Shown here: positions 61,036-64,000 of the stretch, piece by piece
Position numbering within the stretch: the stretch's first letter is position 1
Layout of the letters: each line of letters starts with the position of its first letter
DNA from: Kondoa subrosea
Lineage: Eukaryota
Assembly: GCA_039545335.1 (NCBI GenBank)
Contig: BCIN01000002.1
Coordinates: 3,329,564 to 3,393,563, forward strand
Reading direction: 5' to 3'
DNA length: 64,000 nucleotides
The notes under the pieces: model-generated
Seen by the model: only the letters and a program-made list of their open reading frames with translations
Told to the model about the DNA's origin: nothing
The model's database searches: none
Translations under genes and position numbers: made by a program

Positions 61036-63750
61036 ATGTTCTCCCGTAAAAAGGTGCACTCGATAGAACCAGCCCATCTGCAACAGAACCCTGGATTACG
61101 AAACGACAATGCAAGTTGTTATCTGAACTCAACATTGCAAGCCCTCGCAGCTTCAGATTATCTACACGACGCTTTAGCGGACTTTGACGAAGCCGGTCCT
61201 ACGTCTGTCAAGTCGAGCAGCTCATCTCAGTCGCCCTCTCTTGCTCAACTGAGTGAAAGTCATTACCCGCCTGATGTGCCCATTGCTGCAAATTTGACAA
61301 CTGTTCTTCGCAAGATTTGGTCTGTAACAGATGCTCTTCCCTCAGTCAAGAAAGCCAGACCAGTAGATCCTGCAAACTTACATCGAACGTTGGCTGCCAA
61401 GAATACAGAATACGATGGTGCAAGTCAGCAAGATGCGCATGAAGCATTGCTGTATCTCCTAGAAGAGATGCGAATGGAAGAGCTTGATGTGAGCATGACC
61501 CGCTGACTCTTCATGCATTACTGATTTCCCCTCTTTTCAAGTTGATCAAGAAGATTAGACCACCTCAGCCGCCGAAGAAGAAGAAAAGAGTAACATCACG
61601 TACGTTCTTGTATATGGACAGTCTTTATTCCAGCTTATCTTCATATAGCTGCCGATTCGGAAGAGTCTTCCAGCTCTTCCAGCTCTGAAGACGAGGCTCC
61701 TCAGAAAGCCAGCGGACTTGTTCCCTTCGTGGATACAATGTTTACCGGTAAACTTGCGCAATTCATCATATGCGAGCACTGCAAATACGTTTGTGCTTTC
61801 AATCGCTTGGGGCTTCACATAATCTAAACAATTTTGGGCAGGTCTCTGTTGCTTATGAGCCATTCACCGACTTATCTGTACCGCTCAAAGGCGAAGGTGG
61901 TGCGTGAGCTAAGCAGATCGTAGACGTCTATTGACTACCCCTTGGCACAGATAAACCGGAACGACGGAGAAGCAGAATCAAGAAGTTTCTCACTTCCAAC
62001 TTCGTACCGCCAGAGTCTGGTGCGATCAGTTCTTCTCCCCCATCAAGTAGTGCTACTCGTCCTTCTTTCAATAATCGTCGCCCTTCTTTCCTAAGTCAAA
62101 GTGATACTGAAGCATCGGAGTCAGATGACACATCTTCAAAGCAGGAAGAAGCAACAACTTCATATGATGCGAAAGTCAAACGGAGGCGGAGCTTGGATCC
62201 GTCTAGCCTGCGCAAGCACAAGTCCATTTTCGCTCATTCCGCGTCAAATTTTTCTGCACTTTCGCGAGATCCATCCCCTTCTGGAAATGGCAGGTACTCC
62301 AGCGGTGGAAGCGACACTGGGAGCAATGTATCGAGATCTACGTCAGCATCTACGAAACCTACGAAACTCAATCGAGAAGAAACGGAATATGTCAAGCGTG
62401 TTCTCGCTCAAATCCCGACATCTAACTTCAAATCTCCACTTGATCTGCTTCGCATTGCCTCTCCAAACAATCCAGGCGCACCAGGCCCAAATGGAAATGG
62501 TCATCGAACAGACAAACAGCATGATGGTCTGCTCGAAGCGCAAATGTCTACTGGCTTATATCAAGCGCTGTGCCAGTTTACAAGTGTTGAGGTAAGTCAC
62601 AAATCATGTGATCAAGATCTTCATTGACTATCCGCTTGCTTGTAGGTCCTGGAAGGCGATAATGCTTTCCACTGCCATAATTGCTGGAAGCTTGCGAATC
62701 CGAGAATGCGGAGATTGCGCCCAAGAAGTGATACTATCACGGCACCACCAGCAGCTTCGGCCTTACCTCAACAGCTAGAGCAGCTTCATTTCAATCGGCA
62801 ACGTGCAACTTCAGAAGCTCCTACTATCCGAATCAGCCCCACAAGCTTCGGGATCGAATCCGCAGTCACTAGCGATACCTTATCAGACATTCCAGCGTCA
62901 GATGTTGAGTCTGGAATAGAAACCGATGTCGAATCTGAATTCGCAAGTGATCATCAAGCAACTCAATCGGAAGAAGGCGGTGATCATGTCAATGTAGAAG
63001 ACTCACCAGAAATAAGCACTCGTCAGTTGCCGCCTACAGTAACATTTGCCAATGCTTCGCCGCGAACTGCTATTCCAAAAGCAGAAAGGTATATCACAAG
63101 GAGAGCTCGCAAGCGCTATCTTATCGATACATTGCCCTCCGTTCTTTTCATCCACTTCAATCGATTCCAACAGACCAGTCGAAGCTCTTTCCTTACTGGA
63201 AACACATCATTCAATAGCTTAAAGAAGAATGATGATTTCGCCTCGTTCCCTCTCCAGCTAGACTTGCAACCTTTCCTCGCGCCTCTTGGCAGGCCACCTC
63301 GGCGGAATCGCAAGGGCGGATACGACAAGCACATATATTCTGAAGATTTGGAAAAGCACGAACACACGCAATATCGACTGAAGGCTGTTGTTGTGCACTC
63401 TGGGTCTATGAGTAGTGGTAAGTCGGATTATGTTTCACGTGCATCAAGATCTAATGATGTTTACAGGTCATTACATCTGCTTTGTTAGTTCTGGACATAC
63501 CGCACCCATACATCGCACGAGATCAACGAATTCTGACCCGTCTGCGATGGAAGAGAAAAGTCTGGATAGTCTGGATGTCGCTTCAGCTCCTGCTTCGCTC
63601 AGTACATCGCCAGAAGCAAGCACTCTGATTCAAAATTCGTCTTCAACGGGCAAGCAATGGTTATATTGCTCAGACGAGGAAGTGCGGCCAGCTCCCATCA
63701 GTGAAGTTATGAGATGTAAAGCGTACATATTATTGTATGAAAGGGAGTAG
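61036..63750 (+). CDS. Ubiquitin-specific protease (peptidase C19/USP)
   Basis: Cys box GLRNDNASCYLNSTLQAL, QQDAHE, zinc-ribbon pairs CEHC and CHNC, His box VVVHSGSMSSG|HY, and AYILLYER. Confidence 0.95.
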
Positions 63751-64000
63751 AGAGAGTGATGTACATGTTCACTTGGAGCAACTGCCAATCTCTCAAAAAT
63801 AGACTTTCATTCTGGTCAATTGCAAAGACCGGCCTGAGGGCAGACAAGCATCGCACGTACTCAAATGTACGCTGTGAAGGTCCCATCAAAGCAAGTAACC
63901 AAGAAGCCTACTCGTTCTGACCTATCCGCTGGAAGCGCTGATGTTTCGGCGAGTCCTCCATGGCTTTCCGCCCCAGCTTCGCAGGATTACCTACAGCTGC

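Noticed and set aside
1..64000. tRNA, rRNA or CRISPR arrays
   Set aside because: I saw no cloverleaf with A/B boxes, rRNA-like sequence or regularly spaced repeat-spacer array by eye. tRNAscan-SE and Infernal would be needed to exclude small RNAs.
63860..64000. Possible 3' end of a minus-strand gene at the window edge
   Set aside because: Only a short open frame with no recognisable motif; too little sequence to support a call.

Overview
Gene-dense, intron-rich fungal genomic DNA, probably a basidiomycete (inferred from short GT-AG introns of about 45-70 nt and the gene content). Most of the window is housekeeping genes: Bir1/survivin, PDH E1-alpha, an SDR, Nop16, an HSL-type hydrolase, indoleamine 2,3-dioxygenase, Pol III Rpc82, a long-chain acyl-CoA synthetase, a sphingoid-base phosphate phosphatase, UNC-50, CENP-X/Mhf2, EndoG/Nuc1, Cox5/IV, Gcn20, aspartate kinase, an acyl-CoA dehydrogenase and a USP deubiquitinase. 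The 8.8-40.3 kb interval is structurally unusual and holds two interleaved inverted duplications. (1) A head-to-head cassette of a small basic-region (bZIP-like, zipper-less) gene and a MYND-finger-type gene occurs at 9.0-11.7 kb and, inverted, at 24.9-27.6 kb. A third basic-region paralog lies at 22.8-24.2 kb. The paralog at 26783-28268 joins an AP-1/Yap-type basic region to a C-terminal Zn(II)2Cys6 cluster; both motifs are split by introns and are missed by the ORF track. (2) Two near-identical genes for a secreted Cys/His-repeat protein form a roughly 1.7-kb inverted repeat around about 18.4 kb. All gene models were spliced by eye and no database search was run, so exon boundaries and family names need confirmation.
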